Positions 9,629-20,477 of a DNA stretch of 64,000 bases are shown here, piece after piece. The notes beneath the pieces were generated by a model that was not told the origin of the DNA, made no database searches, and saw nothing but the letters and a program-made list of their open reading frames with translations. Position 1 is the first letter of the stretch. Each line of letters begins with the position of its first letter. Origin of the DNA: Myxococcota bacterium (GTDB lineage Bacteria > Myxococcota_A > UBA9160 > UBA4427); the NCBI GenBank assembly GCA_965250285.1, contig OZ252299.1, positions 3,296,001 through 3,360,000 of the forward strand, read 5' to 3'. The position numbers and the translations under genes were made by a program.

Positions 9629-9675
9629 GACACCTGACCGGGCCGGGCGCTCTCCCGACGGCTCACGGCGGCGGT

Positions 9676-10653
9676 TCAGAGGGCGCTGTGGGGCAGCGGG
9701 CGCCCTTCGAGACCGGCGATCAGGTTGTCGATGGCCAACGCGACCATGCGGCGCCGGGTGCGGATCGTCGCGCTGCCGATGTGCGGCGCGAGCACGACAC
9801 GCTCGTGGGCCAGCAGGCGACTCGCCGGATCGAGGGGCTCGACCTCGAACACGTCGAGGCCGACGCCCGCGAAGCGACCCGCGTCGAGCGCGTCACACAG
9901 CGCCGCCTCGTCGACGATGGGTCCCCGGGCCGTGTTCACGAGCACGGCGTCCGGCTTCATGCGAGCGAGCGCGTCGCCACCGATCAGGTGGCGCGTATCC
10001 GGCGTCAGTGCCACGTGGAGCGAGACGAAGTCGGCGGCTTCGAGCAGCACCTCGAGCTCGACCGACTCGACGCCGTCGATCTCTCGCGGCGTGCGCGACC
10101 AGCCGAGCACGCGCATCCCGAACGCCCGGGCTCGCTGGGCGACCGCCTGCCCGATCGCGCCCAGCCCCACGATGCCGAGCGTCGAGCCCGCCAGGTCGCG
10201 ACCGAGCAGCATGTCGGGCGCCCAAGGGCGTTCGGGGCGCCAATCGCCGGCCCGCACGAGGCGCTCGGCCTCGCCGAGGCGGCGGGCCGCGGCCATCATG
10301 AGCGCGAAGGTGAGCTCGGCCGTCGTCTCGGTAAGCACCCCTGGGGTGTGTCCCACGGTCAGGCCGCGTGCGCGCGCGGCGGCCAGATCGATGTGATCGA
10401 CCCCCACCGAGACCGTCGAGACGGTGCGCAGTCGCGGCGCCGCGGCGATCAGCTCGGCGTCGACGCAGTCGGTCAACACGCACAGCAACCCGTCCGCCTC
10501 CGCGACGCCTGCCCGAAGCGCGACGGCGCCGAGCGGACCAGCGCCGGCGGGCGCGATCTCGACAAGCGCGGCGGCGTGCAAGGCCTGGAGAGGATCGTGG
10601 CCGGGATCGGCCAGACCACCCAGGTCGTGACTGACGAAGACGCGCGGCGGCAT
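9676..10653 (-). CDS. D-2-hydroxyacid dehydrogenase (glyoxylate reductase-like)
   Basis: HTPGVLTETTAE, GIVGLGAIG, VNTARG, LDVFEVEP and PHIGSAT motifs. Confidence 0.92.
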   Translation of the reverse strand: MPPRVFVSHDLGGLADPGHDPLQALHAAALVEIAPAGAGPLGAVALRAGVAEADGLLCVLTDCVDAELIAAAPRLRTVSTVSVGVDHIDLAAARARGLTVGHTPGVLTETTAELTFALMMAAARRLGEAERLVRAGDWRPERPWAPDMLLGRDLAGSTLGIVGLGAIGQAVAQRARAFGMRVLGWSRTPREIDGVESVELEVLLEAADFVSLHVALTPDTRHLIGGDALARMKPDAVLVNTARGPIVDEAALCDALDAGRFAGVGLDVFEVEPLDPASRLLAHERVVLAPHIGSATIRTRRRMVALAIDNLIAGLEGRPLPHSAL

Positions 10654-11068
10654 TCAGGCAGCTCCTCGGCGGGCGGCGATTCGACGCGGGGCCTCGGCGG
10701 CGCGGCCGCCCCTGCACTCCAAAACAGCGTTCGCCGCTGCGCGAGGTGCGGCGGCACCGGGCTCGTCTGGGCCCGTTCGCATCCCGAAGGGACTCGCAAC
10801 TAATTCCCCAAGTCGCCTTGAGCCGCAGGGTCGATTCAAGATAACGTCACGCTCCCGTACGCCTTTTCCGCGCGCCTGGTTCGGATTCGGCGTCGCCCAT
10901 CGTCATCGATGCTGCTCCGCGAGCGAACCCCCACCGGTGTCCGTCCAGACCGGCCCCGTCCGCTCTCGGTGCGGCCATCTGCGCCCCCGCATGGGTCCAT
11001 GCCGGTGAACATTCGAGATCAGGGGGTCGGCCGCGTGCGGTCGACCCGCTCCACCAGTCGAGGAAAGC

Positions 11069-14000
11069 ATGTCTGCTGAAGCGCCCAACCCGCCGCCGGC
11101 CAAGAAGTCGGGCTCGCTCAGGTTCGCGGAGTTCACGGTTCGGAACAAGTTTCCGATCGCCGTGCTCCTCGTGATCGGAACGCTCTTCTTCATGTTCCCG
11201 ATCGTGAATGCGGCCCTGATCCCCTTCGATCTGGGGTGGAAGAACCTGCCGGCCGTGAAGGTCGACACGGATGCGCGTCATCAGTGGCCCGATCACCCGT
11301 TCATTCGGGCGCAGAACAAGTTCGCAAGCAAGTTTGGCGGATCGATGCAGGTGGCGATCGCGGTCGTCGTCGAAGAGGGCACGATCTTCACGCCCGAGAT
11401 CATTCAGAAGATCAACCGCATCACGCGGCGGCTCGACGGCCGCGGCTTCGAGAGCCGCACCGACGAGCGCGAAGAGCTCCGCGAAGAGCTCGAAGAGCAG
11501 GGGCTGTCGTCGAAGAAGATTCTGAAGGCACTCGACGAGGCGTACCCGCCCTACCCGGTCAACCACTACCAGGTGAACTCGGTCACGGCGTCGAACACGC
11601 GCGTGATCCAGATCGAGGCCTCGGGTGACATCGAGACCACGGTGCTGATGGACCGGGTGCCGGAGACCCAGGAGCAGGCCGACGAAATTGCGGCGCGCGT
11701 GCGCCAGAACCCGCCCTTCATCTTCGGTCGCCTCGTCTCGCTCGATGAGAAGGGCGCCCTGGTGATGGCCGGCTTCGTCGCCGAGCGCTTCACGAACAGC
11801 CGCGTGTTCCAGGCGGTGTTCGACCACGTCCAGCAGATCAAGGCCGACGAAGAGACCGAGAACGTGCGCATCTACGTCTCGGGCACGCCAATCCTCGTGG
11901 GCTGGGTGCTCAAGCACGCCTTCCAGGTGCAGCTCTTCCTCTTCCTCACCGTCGTGATGATCTTCACGTTGCTCTGGGCCTACTTCCGCCGTTGGCACGG
12001 CGTGCTGATCCCCGCGATCGCGGCCGTCGCAACGTCGATCTGGGGCTTCGGCTTCACCGGCTGGGTCGGCATCACCTTCGACCCGCTGATCCTGGTGATT
12101 CCGACGATCATCACCGCGCGCGCCGTGTCGCACACCGTGCAGATGGCCGAGCGCTTCTTCGAGGACTACGAGATTCTGCTGCCGCAGATCGGCGACCCCG
12201 AGGAGGCGAAGACCGAGGCGGCGACCGTCGCGATGAGCGAACTCATCATCCCCGGCACGCTCGGCATCATCACCGACGTCGCCGGCCTGCTGGTGATTCT
12301 TGTGACGTCGATCCCGCAGATGCGCGACCTCGGCATCTTCGGCGCGTTCTGGGTGTCGTCGATCATCATCACGGTCGAGATCCTGCACCCCGTGCTGATC
12401 TGTTACCTGCCCGCGCCCCACGACCACGAGCACTTCCTGCCGGGTTTCATGGTGCGATTCACGCGCTTCCTCGGCGACATCACGACGCACCCCGTCTACA
12501 AGTACGTGATCGCGGTCGGCACCGTCGTCCTGCTCGCGCTGTCGACCTACATCACGCTCTTCTACTCGCAGATCGGTGAGGCGCGACCGGGCACGCCGCT
12601 GCTCTTCCCCGACCACGAGTGGAACGTGGCGACCGGAGAGATCGCGCGGCGCTTCGGCGGCGTCGACAACTTCGTGGTCTACCTCGAGGGCGACAAAGAG
12701 AAGGCTTCGGGCGACGCCGAGCCAATTCGCCGCATGGAGGAGTTCGAGCGCTGGATGGGTCGCTACACCGACCTCGGCGCGACGCTCTCGATCGTGCCGA
12801 TCCTGCGCACGGCCTGGGGCATGAACCACTACGGCGATCCGAAGTGGAGCTTCGTCTCCGACGACCAGGCGACGGTGCGACAACAGATCTACCAGCTCCG
12901 AACGAACGGAGCGCCCGGCGCGATGGATCCCTACCTCTCACCCGAGGGCAAGGATTCGAACATCATCTTCTTCTACCGGGATCACCGGGGCGAAACGATC
13001 CGCAAAGCGGTGATCGCCGCGCAGGAATTCATCAAGCGCAACCCGATCGGCGAGGTGATCGTGCGCCTCGAGAAGGACAAGGCGCCGCCCGATGCCAGCT
13101 TCTTCACGCGCGCTCGCCTGACGGACGTCTGGTACTACATGCTCGATCCGCTCCTACCGTACCGGCACCACACACTCACGGTGCAGATCCGCAACGAGGA
13201 CGGCAACTACAGCCACGTTCCCGTGAACGACATGACGCAGACGAGCGATCTGCCGGAGTGGATCGAAGACTTCCGCGAGAACTCGCTCTACGCCTACGAA
13301 GATGCCTTCGACATGCTCGAAGAAGGCGAAGTGTTCGGCTGGCCGAGCGAGCTCCAGGAGTGGGGCGTGCAGGACATCGACTATTGGTGGGAGAGCGAGG
13401 AGTTCGGCATCCGTGCCGTGGCGCTCAACACCAAGGACCTCATCGTCGAGGACACGAAGGCCGTCGACGGCGCGCCGCTCTACCAGGCCACGAACTCGTG
13501 GACACGCGGCGTGCAGTTCGTCATGGCCGGCGGTCTGATGGGCATCCTCGCCGCGATCGACGACGAGGTCGAGCGCAGCCACGTCGCGAACATCGTGCTC
13601 ATCTTCCTCGTGATCTTCGTGCTGCACTCGGTGACGTACAAGTCGGTGCCGTCCGGCTTCATCATCCTGCTGCAGATCGCGACGGCGACCATGCTCTCCC
13701 TCGCGTACATGGCGATCGCGGGCATGGGCCTCAACATCAACACGCTGCCGGTGCAGTCGGTCGGCGTCGGCATCGGCGTCGACTATGCGATCTACATCGT
13801 CGACCGTATCCGGCATGAGGTGCAGGATACGGCCGACATCGACGAGGCCGTGAGGCGCGCGATTCGTACGACGGGCATGGCGGTCTCGTTCACCGCCTCG
13901 ACGATCGTCGGCGGCATCATCCTCTGGACGTTCTCCGATCTGCGCTTCCAGGCCGACATGGCGAAGCTGCTCTCGATCCTCATGGTCATCAACATGCTCG

Positions 14001-14131
14001 GCGCCCTGACCGTCGTGCCGGCCTTCTACTCGGTGTTCCGACCGAAGGTCGCGACGGCCCTGTTGACCGAGGACCAGCTCGAGGCGATCCGTCGCCAGAA
14101 GGAGATGGAGCGCCGCAAGGGCCTCGAGTAG
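11069..14131 (+). CDS. MMPL/RND-family transporter with large periplasmic insertion
   Basis: Two-repeat RND topology; ARAVSHTVQM and VGVGIGVDYAIY motifs; GAGGA upstream; strong codon bias. Confidence 0.88.
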   Translation: MSAEAPNPPPAKKSGSLRFAEFTVRNKFPIAVLLVIGTLFFMFPIVNAALIPFDLGWKNLPAVKVDTDARHQWPDHPFIRAQNKFASKFGGSMQVAIAVVVEEGTIFTPEIIQKINRITRRLDGRGFESRTDEREELREELEEQGLSSKKILKALDEAYPPYPVNHYQVNSVTASNTRVIQIEASGDIETTVLMDRVPETQEQADEIAARVRQNPPFIFGRLVSLDEKGALVMAGFVAERFTNSRVFQAVFDHVQQIKADEETENVRIYVSGTPILVGWVLKHAFQVQLFLFLTVVMIFTLLWAYFRRWHGVLIPAIAAVATSIWGFGFTGWVGITFDPLILVIPTIITARAVSHTVQMAERFFEDYEILLPQIGDPEEAKTEAATVAMSELIIPGTLGIITDVAGLLVILVTSIPQMRDLGIFGAFWVSSIIITVEILHPVLICYLPAPHDHEHFLPGFMVRFTRFLGDITTHPVYKYVIAVGTVVLLALSTYITLFYSQIGEARPGTPLLFPDHEWNVATGEIARRFGGVDNFVVYLEGDKEKASGDAEPIRRMEEFERWMGRYTDLGATLSIVPILRTAWGMNHYGDPKWSFVSDDQATVRQQIYQLRTNGAPGAMDPYLSPEGKDSNIIFFYRDHRGETIRKAVIAAQEFIKRNPIGEVIVRLEKDKAPPDASFFTRARLTDVWYYMLDPLLPYRHHTLTVQIRNEDGNYSHVPVNDMTQTSDLPEWIEDFRENSLYAYEDAFDMLEEGEVFGWPSELQEWGVQDIDYWWESEEFGIRAVALNTKDLIVEDTKAVDGAPLYQATNSWTRGVQFVMAGGLMGILAAIDDEVERSHVANIVLIFLVIFVLHSVTYKSVPSGFIILLQIATATMLSLAYMAIAGMGLNINTLPVQSVGVGIGVDYAIYIVDRIRHEVQDTADIDEAVRRAIRTTGMAVSFTASTIVGGIILWTFSDLRFQADMAKLLSILMVINMLGALTVVPAFYSVFRPKVATALLTEDQLEAIRRQKEMERRKGLE

Positions 14132-14150
14132 CCCCCACGGTTCGATACAG

Positions 14151-14194
14151 AAGCGGCGCGTATCCCTGACGGGATGCGCGCCGCTTGTCGTTTC
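14151..14194 (+). terminator. Intrinsic terminator-like hairpin after the RND gene
   Basis: AAGCGGCGCGTATCCC-TGAC-GGGATGCGCGCCGCTT (16-bp stem, one G-U pair) followed by GTCGTTTC; lies between convergent genes. Confidence 0.75.
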
Positions 14195-14239
14195 GGGGCC
14201 GCGTCGGGCGTGCGCATGTCGCTGCGCGACGCGAGGCGG

Positions 14240-15853
14240 TCAGACGTCGGCGGTGGCGGCGTCGAGCGGGCGGGCGAACGCCACCTCGGCCGCGGTGTGC
14301 AGGCACAGCAGCACGATCGCGAGGCTGGCCGGCCCGAACTCGGTGCCCTGCCGGTAGTGTGCGACGCCGTTCAGATCGAGCAGCCCGACCACGAGCAGCG
14401 TGCTGATGCCGATGCGCGGCCAGCGCGCGGCGAGAAGCAGCGGGACCGTGATCGAGACCAGGTAGTAGCTCGGCGGCGTGGCGAGCATGGGAATCGCCGC
14501 GCAGCCGAGCGCGGCGGCCTCCCACCGCTCGGCGCGCCCGAGCGCGCGCCACAGCAGGCCGAGGAACCCGACGAGCACGACGATCCGAAGCGTGACCGCA
14601 GCCGCTGGCGCATCGGGCAGTGCCCACGTCACGAGACTCGCGAGGCCGAGTTGATTCGGCAGCGCGAGGGCACCGAAAGCTGAGAGCTTGCCGGCGAGCG
14701 AAACGAACGCGCCGAGACCGTCGCCGAGCATCACGACTACGAGCCCGATGATCACGACCAAGCCGGCGCCGAGGCCGACGACGAAGCGTCGGGCCGATGC
14801 GCCGACACGCCGCTCGGCCAAGGCGATTCGGGTCTCCCGCACGAGCGTCGTCCCCAGCATCGCCGCCGGAAACAACCGCAGCGCCGACGCAGCAACAAGC
14901 GCGATGCCGGCCGCGGCCGGGCGATCGCGGCGCAGCGCGCACACGCCGAGCACCGCACCGCTCCACCAGAGGAACCGCAGCATCGAGTCGCCGAGATAGA
15001 CGTAGCGCCAGAGAAAGCCGCTGCCCCACGCGATCGCGAGCAGGGCCGCCATCTCGAGACCGAACGCCCACCCGACGCACGCGATCGTCGCAGCCACCAA
15101 CAGCCGGTCGAAGTGCAACAGCCCCCAGACGGCAATCTCCGAGTCGAGATCGACGACCTTCGTCACGATCTGCCCCAGTGCGATCCAGGCCGGGGTCGCG
15201 TTGTAGCCGTAGTCGTGGAAGACGGCGTACTGGTAGCCCGGGGGCCACCGACCGACGAACCAGGCGACGTCGTCGCCGAACGCCAGCCAACGCGCGGGCT
15301 CGAATCGTGCGGGGCAATCGGCGCCGGCCCGGCGCACGACCGCTTCGGGAACGGGCTCGAGGGTCTCGAGATCGCGCACGCGGCGGTCGGGGATGGCGGG
15401 CCACAGCCCGCGCTCCTCCATCGCCGTGAGACTGCACTCGTAGAGACCGTCGTGTCCGAGCTCGTCGAAGTACTTCGAGCCGACGAAGTAGACGAAGTTG
15501 TCGCTGCGGGCGAAGCCGTTGGTGTGCGACATCGCGAACCAGTTGTAGTAGCCGGCGTAGCTCACGGCGCCGAGCAGACACAACGCGATCAGGCGCGCGC
15601 GCACGAGCCGCGGATCGGCGCTCGAACGAAGCCAGAAACCGGCGGCGAAGACCACGAGCCCGGCGAACACGACGAGCGTGCGGAGCTGAACCAGGGTGAT
15701 GTCGGTTTGCTGCGCAGCCTGCCGAGCAGCACCGCCGCCCTGCGCCTCGGCCACCAGTGGCCAGGCGATCGTCGCGGCCGCGAGCCCCCCTGCGGCCAGA
15801 TGCCCCGCGACCCGGTTCCCGCGCGTTCGATCCATCGCATTCATCGACGCCAC
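14240..15853 (-). CDS. Polytopic membrane protein, GT-C-fold glycosyltransferase-like
   Basis: Many TM segments; extracytoplasmic loop with DNFVYFVGSKYFDELG and GYNATP; LRLFPA and NQLGL patterns reminiscent of GT87-like enzymes. Confidence 0.5.
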   Translation of the reverse strand: MASMNAMDRTRGNRVAGHLAAGGLAAATIAWPLVAEAQGGGAARQAAQQTDITLVQLRTLVVFAGLVVFAAGFWLRSSADPRLVRARLIALCLLGAVSYAGYYNWFAMSHTNGFARSDNFVYFVGSKYFDELGHDGLYECSLTAMEERGLWPAIPDRRVRDLETLEPVPEAVVRRAGADCPARFEPARWLAFGDDVAWFVGRWPPGYQYAVFHDYGYNATPAWIALGQIVTKVVDLDSEIAVWGLLHFDRLLVAATIACVGWAFGLEMAALLAIAWGSGFLWRYVYLGDSMLRFLWWSGAVLGVCALRRDRPAAAGIALVAASALRLFPAAMLGTTLVRETRIALAERRVGASARRFVVGLGAGLVVIIGLVVVMLGDGLGAFVSLAGKLSAFGALALPNQLGLASLVTWALPDAPAAAVTLRIVVLVGFLGLLWRALGRAERWEAAALGCAAIPMLATPPSYYLVSITVPLLLAARWPRIGISTLLVVGLLDLNGVAHYRQGTEFGPASLAIVLLCLHTAAEVAFARPLDAATADV

Positions 15854-15926
15854 CGGGTCTCCGAAGCCCGCCGCAGACCGTCGTCGCCGTCGCGTACGGC
15901 GGCGCGATCCGCGGGCGATCGATCCC

Positions 15927-16895
15927 TCAGTACTCGCGGAACAGCTCTTTCAGGCTCGCGACGCGGGGCAGCTGGATGCGCGCGACGGCGCCTGCCCCGA
16001 ACTGGTTGCGATCTTCGTCCTGCGGAAAACCACCGTCCGCAATGTTCCCCTTGAGACGCAGGTACGAGAAGCTGCCCTCGAGGATCAGCCACGCTCTGGC
16101 GCCGCGATTCAGGAACCCCGGCGCCCAGTTCACCCGCATCAGCGGACCGACCGAGGTGCGCTCGAAGTTCGTGGTCGTGGCCCCGCTCTGGCTGAAGTTG
16201 TCGTTCTGCACCTCGAGCGCGAGGCCGAGCACGGCGCTCAGGCGATCGCTCGCATACCAGCGGGCGAACGCATCGACGACGAAGCCGTCGAACTCGCGGT
16301 CGAGGTCGGGGGTGCTCGCCGAGTCGAGGGCATCGGTCTTGCCGAACGCGTACCCGAAGTCGATTCCGAAGTCGAAGGCGTCGGTGTAGAGCTCGCCGAA
16401 CAGGCCGAGCCGATTGCGACGGCTCGTGTCGGTGAAATCGGTGGAACGGCCGTTGTACAGGTAGCTGATGCCGCCCGCGCCAATGTTCGGGTTGCGTCGA
16501 AACACGCTCCCGCCGACGACGAAGTCGCCGACCTTGTCGTCGAAGCCGGGCGGATCGGCTTCACCGTCGACGGAGCGGTTCGACCAACCGCCGCCGAGCA
16601 GCGCACGCCACCCCCAGCTGCGCCCGATGGGCGCGACCACGCTGCCGATGACGCCGATTCGATTCGCCTGCGAGCGTTGATCGCTGCGCCAGCCGCCGTC
16701 GGCGATCGTCGTGTGTTCGTAGATCGGCACGAGCAGCGTGAAGGCCGCGCCCTTCACGGCGGCCGGTGCCCGCCGGTCGAGCTCGCCCTGCCGGTACTGC
16801 GCCGCCGCCGGCGCGACCGAGAGCAGCAGAAGGCCCATGGCCAGCGAGAACACGATGCCCTGCCCGGGGCCCCGCCGCGCCCATGCAATGCTCAT
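15927..16895 (-). CDS. Hypothetical secreted protein, probable outer-membrane beta-barrel
   Basis: Signal peptide (..LLLLSVAPAAA-Q); alternating amphipathic strands rich in G/Y/F; overlaps the PDRP stop (ATGA). Confidence 0.6.
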   Translation of the reverse strand: MSIAWARRGPGQGIVFSLAMGLLLLSVAPAAAQYRQGELDRRAPAAVKGAAFTLLVPIYEHTTIADGGWRSDQRSQANRIGVIGSVVAPIGRSWGWRALLGGGWSNRSVDGEADPPGFDDKVGDFVVGGSVFRRNPNIGAGGISYLYNGRSTDFTDTSRRNRLGLFGELYTDAFDFGIDFGYAFGKTDALDSASTPDLDREFDGFVVDAFARWYASDRLSAVLGLALEVQNDNFSQSGATTTNFERTSVGPLMRVNWAPGFLNRGARAWLILEGSFSYLRLKGNIADGGFPQDEDRNQFGAGAVARIQLPRVASLKELFREY

Positions 16896-17731
16896 TTCCT
16901 GCTGCCCCCCGGTTCGATCGAGTGCTCGATGTACTCGATGATGCGCGATGCGTTCTCCTCCACTGCGCGGCCCGAGACGTCGATGGTGCGCCAGCCGTTG
17001 CGCCTGAAGAGTCGTCGCGCGCGCGTGACCTCACCCATCACCTGCTCGACGTCGGTGTAGTTCGTCGAGTTCGAGATGCGCAGCGCACGCAGCCGTGCCT
17101 GCCGGACCCCGAGGAGCGTCGTGGGATCGATGATGAGACCGAAGACCTTGCGCCGGTCGAGCTCGAGCAGCTCGCGGGGCGGGTCGATTCCGGGCACCAG
17201 CGGCACGTTGCCCGTCTTGTAGCCGCGCTGGGCGAGGTACATCGAGAGCGGCGTCTTCGACGTGCGAGAGACGCCGGTCAGCACGATATCGGCCTCCCAG
17301 AGCGTCGCCAGGCTCGCCCCATCGTCGTGACGCACGGCGAACTCGACCGCGTCGACTCGGTTCATGTAGTCGTCGCTGAAGCCGTGCAGCAGACCGGGCT
17401 TGTGCGCCGGCTCGATGTGCAGAGTCTGCGCGAGGCGGGTGATCAGCGGCCCCAGCAGGTCGACGGTGACGACCCCCAGTCGCTGGGCCTCGTTGTTCAG
17501 CACCTCGATGATCGCGGCGTCGACCAGGCTGTACACGACGAAGGCGTTGGCGCCGCTCGCGGTCTCGACGAGCCGCTTCGCGTCGCTCGACGCGCGCACC
17601 TCGCCGTAGACTCGAAGCCTCCACGGCGTCGGGAACTGCGCCATGGCCGCGCGGACGGCGGCGGTGCCGGTATCACCGGTGCCGTCACTGACCACGAAGA
17701 CCTGCAGGACGTCCGAGTTGGCCTCCCCCAT
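16892..17731 (-). CDS. PEP synthase/PPDK regulatory protein (kinase-pyrophosphorylase, DUF299)
   Basis: VVSDGTGDT, AVEFAVRHDDG, GVSRTSKTPLSMYLA and AVEENA motifs. Confidence 0.92.
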   Translation of the reverse strand: MGEANSDVLQVFVVSDGTGDTGTAAVRAAMAQFPTPWRLRVYGEVRASSDAKRLVETASGANAFVVYSLVDAAIIEVLNNEAQRLGVVTVDLLGPLITRLAQTLHIEPAHKPGLLHGFSDDYMNRVDAVEFAVRHDDGASLATLWEADIVLTGVSRTSKTPLSMYLAQRGYKTGNVPLVPGIDPPRELLELDRRKVFGLIIDPTTLLGVRQARLRALRISNSTNYTDVEQVMGEVTRARRLFRRNGWRTIDVSGRAVEENASRIIEYIEHSIEPGGSRK

Positions 17732-17820
17732 GGCCGGGACGGTAGCAGCGGGTGCCGGGCAGGCAGCGCACGGCCGTTCCGTTGACGAAGCCCGGCCCCA
17801 CCGGCAGAATCCCCCCTCCC

Positions 17821-20457
17821 ATGGCGTACAACCCCGCGGAAATCGAGCCGAAATGGCAGGACTACTGGCTGGCGCAGAGCACCTTCCGCGCCGAGATCGA
17901 CGCCAGTAAGCCCAAGTACTACGTGCTCGACATGTTCCCGTACCCGTCCGGCGACGGGCTCCACGTGGGGCATCCCGAGGGCTACACGGCCACCGACATC
18001 CTCGCTCGCTACAAGCGCATGCGGGGCTTCAACGTGCTGCATCCGATGGGCTGGGACGCGTTCGGTCTGCCGGCCGAGCAGTACGCGATCAAGACGGGGA
18101 CGCATCCGCGGATCACGACCCAGCGCAACGTCGACAACTTCCGACGCCAGATCCAGCGGCTCGGGTTCAGCTACGACTGGTCGCGCGAGATCGACACGAC
18201 CGACCCGGGTTATGCGCGCTGGACCCAGTGGATCTTCCGCAAGCTCTTCGAGAAGGGCCTCGCCTACCAGGCCGAGGTCGCGGTCAACTGGTGCCCGGCG
18301 CTCGGCACGGTACTGGCGAACGAAGAGGTGATCGACGGCAAGAGCGAGGTCGGCGGCCACCCCGTCGTGCGCCGCCCGATGAAGCAGTGGATGCTGCGCA
18401 TCACCGAGTACGCCGACCGGCTGATCGACGACCTCGACGACCTCGACTGGCCCGAACCGATCAAGAAGATGCAGCGCGACTGGATCGGCAAGAGCGAAGG
18501 CGCCCACGTGCGCTTCGCGACCGATGGGCATCCCGATACGGCGATCGAGGTCTTCACGACCCGGCCCGATACGCTCTTCGGCGCCACCTACATGGTGCTC
18601 GCTCCCGAGCACGAGCTCGTCGCGAAGATCACCACCGAGGCGCAGCGCGCCGACGTCGAGGCGTACGTCGAGAAGACCGCGCGCCGCAGCGAGCGCGCGC
18701 GCGTCGCCGAGGCGGGCGAGAAGACGGGCGTATTCACCGGCGCGACGGCGACGAACCCGGTGAATGGCGAATCGATCCCGATCTGGATCGCCGACTACGT
18801 TCTCGCGGCCTACGGCACGGGCGCGATCATGGCGGTGCCGGGCCACGACGAGCGGGATCACGCGTTCGCGAAGACCTTCGACCTGCCGATCGTCGAGGTG
18901 GTGGCCGGCGGGGACGTGCAGGAGGCCGCGTACACCGGCGACGGCCCCGCGATCAACTCGAGCTTTCTCGACGGGCTCGACACGCCCAGCGCGAAACGCC
19001 GCATGATCGAGTGGCTCGAGGCCGAGCAGAAGGGCGCGGGTACGATCACGTACAAGCTGCGCGACTGGCTCTTCAGTCGGCAGCGCTACTGGGGAGAGCC
19101 CTTCCCGGTCATCCACTGCGATGACGGCGCGGTCAAACTGGTGCCCGAAGAAGATCTGCCGCTCACGCTCCCCGAGCTCGACGACTTCAAGCCGTCGGGG
19201 GACGACCTGACCCCGCTCGCGCGCGCCCACGACTGGATCGAGACCGTCGACCCCGAGACGGGTCGCGTCGCGCGGCGAGATCCGAACACCATGCCCCAGT
19301 GGGCCGGCAGCTGCTGGTACTTCCTCCGCTTCGTCGATCCGCACAACGACGAGGCGCCGTGGTCGCAGGAGGCCGAGCAGTACTGGATGCCCGTCGACCT
19401 CTATGTGGGCGGCGCCGAGCATGCCGTGCTTCACCTGCTCTACGCGCGTTTCTGGCACAAGGTCTTCTACGACCTCGGCCTCGTGCACACGAAGGAGCCG
19501 TTCCAGAAGCTCGTCAACCAAGGGATGATTCTCGGCGACAGCTACCGCTACTACGACACCGACACCGCCGACGAAGGCGGCGACGCCCAGGCGTATCCTT
19601 CGAGCCACGTAAAGGAGACCGACGAGGGCCCCGTCACGAAGGAAGGCGGCGTGCCCGTCAAGGCGCGTTGGGTGGCGCTCAAGGACGTGGTCTTTCGGGA
19701 CGAGAAGGCCTGGCACCCGACGATCGAGGGTCTCGAGCTCGAGCGCGTCGTCGAAAAGATGTCGAAGAGTCGCGGCAACGTCGTCAACCCCGACGACGTC
19801 GTCGCCGAGTTCGGCGCCGACTCGATGCGGCTCTACGAGATGTTCATCGGCCCGCTCGAGAAGGCGGCGCCCTGGTCCACCGAGGGCATCCAGGGCATCT
19901 ACCGGTTCCTGCAGCGCAGCTGGCGGCTGCTGATCGAGGAGGCGCCCGACCGCGAGAGCGAGGCGCTGCGCGAACTCGCATCGGGCGACGGCACGGCCGA
20001 CCAGCAGCGCCTGCTCGCACAGACGATCGCCGGCGTCACCGACGACCTCGAGACGATGCGCTTCAACACCGCGATCTCGAAACTGATGGTCTTCGTCCGC
20101 GACATCGCGAAGGATGCGCCGCTGACGCGCGATCAGGCCGAGGCGTTCGTCCGAATGCTCTCCCCGATGGCACCGCACCTCGGTGAAGAGCTGTGGCAAC
20201 AGCTCGGCCACGAAGGCACCCTCGCTTACGCACCGTGGCCCGAGGCCGATGAGAGCAAGCTGGTCGAAGACGAGATCACGCTCGTCCTGCAGGTCAACGG
20301 CAAGAAGCGCGGCGAGATGAACGTGCCGGCCAGCCTGCCGAAGGACGAGATCGAGCAAGCCGCCCTCGCCCACGAGCGTGTGCAGGCGAGCCTCGACGGG
20401 CGCGACCCGAAGAAGGTCATCGTCGTGCCCGGCCGCCTCGTCAACGTCGTCGGCTGA
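17821..20457 (+). CDS. leuS: Leucine--tRNA ligase
   Basis: [54 protein letters not shown] and VPGRLVNVV motifs. Confidence 0.98.
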   Translation: MAYNPAEIEPKWQDYWLAQSTFRAEIDASKPKYYVLDMFPYPSGDGLHVGHPEGYTATDILARYKRMRGFNVLHPMGWDAFGLPAEQYAIKTGTHPRITTQRNVDNFRRQIQRLGFSYDWSREIDTTDPGYARWTQWIFRKLFEKGLAYQAEVAVNWCPALGTVLANEEVIDGKSEVGGHPVVRRPMKQWMLRITEYADRLIDDLDDLDWPEPIKKMQRDWIGKSEGAHVRFATDGHPDTAIEVFTTRPDTLFGATYMVLAPEHELVAKITTEAQRADVEAYVEKTARRSERARVAEAGEKTGVFTGATATNPVNGESIPIWIADYVLAAYGTGAIMAVPGHDERDHAFAKTFDLPIVEVVAGGDVQEAAYTGDGPAINSSFLDGLDTPSAKRRMIEWLEAEQKGAGTITYKLRDWLFSRQRYWGEPFPVIHCDDGAVKLVPEEDLPLTLPELDDFKPSGDDLTPLARAHDWIETVDPETGRVARRDPNTMPQWAGSCWYFLRFVDPHNDEAPWSQEAEQYWMPVDLYVGGAEHAVLHLLYARFWHKVFYDLGLVHTKEPFQKLVNQGMILGDSYRYYDTDTADEGGDAQAYPSSHVKETDEGPVTKEGGVPVKARWVALKDVVFRDEKAWHPTIEGLELERVVEKMSKSRGNVVNPDDVVAEFGADSMRLYEMFIGPLEKAAPWSTEGIQGIYRFLQRSWRLLIEEAPDRESEALRELASGDGTADQQRLLAQTIAGVTDDLETMRFNTAISKLMVFVRDIAKDAPLTRDQAEAFVRMLSPMAPHLGEELWQQLGHEGTLAYAPWPEADESKLVEDEITLVLQVNGKKRGEMNVPASLPKDEIEQAALAHERVQASLDGRDPKKVIVVPGRLVNVVG

Positions 20458-20477
20458 CTCGACGCGCCAGCACGCGG

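Noticed and set aside
13046..13507. RND insert considered as an intein
   Set aside because: There is no N-terminal Cys/Ser, no His-Asn end followed by C/S/T and no LAGLIDADG motif, and it lies in a predicted periplasmic region.
17497..20373. 958-aa antisense ORF over leuS, and similar long antisense ORFs over frdA, the RND gene, ptsP, ntrC and the CoA ligase
   Set aside because: These are shadow ORFs expected from high GC3 codon bias. They have no recognisable motifs, and the opposite strand encodes clear conserved proteins.
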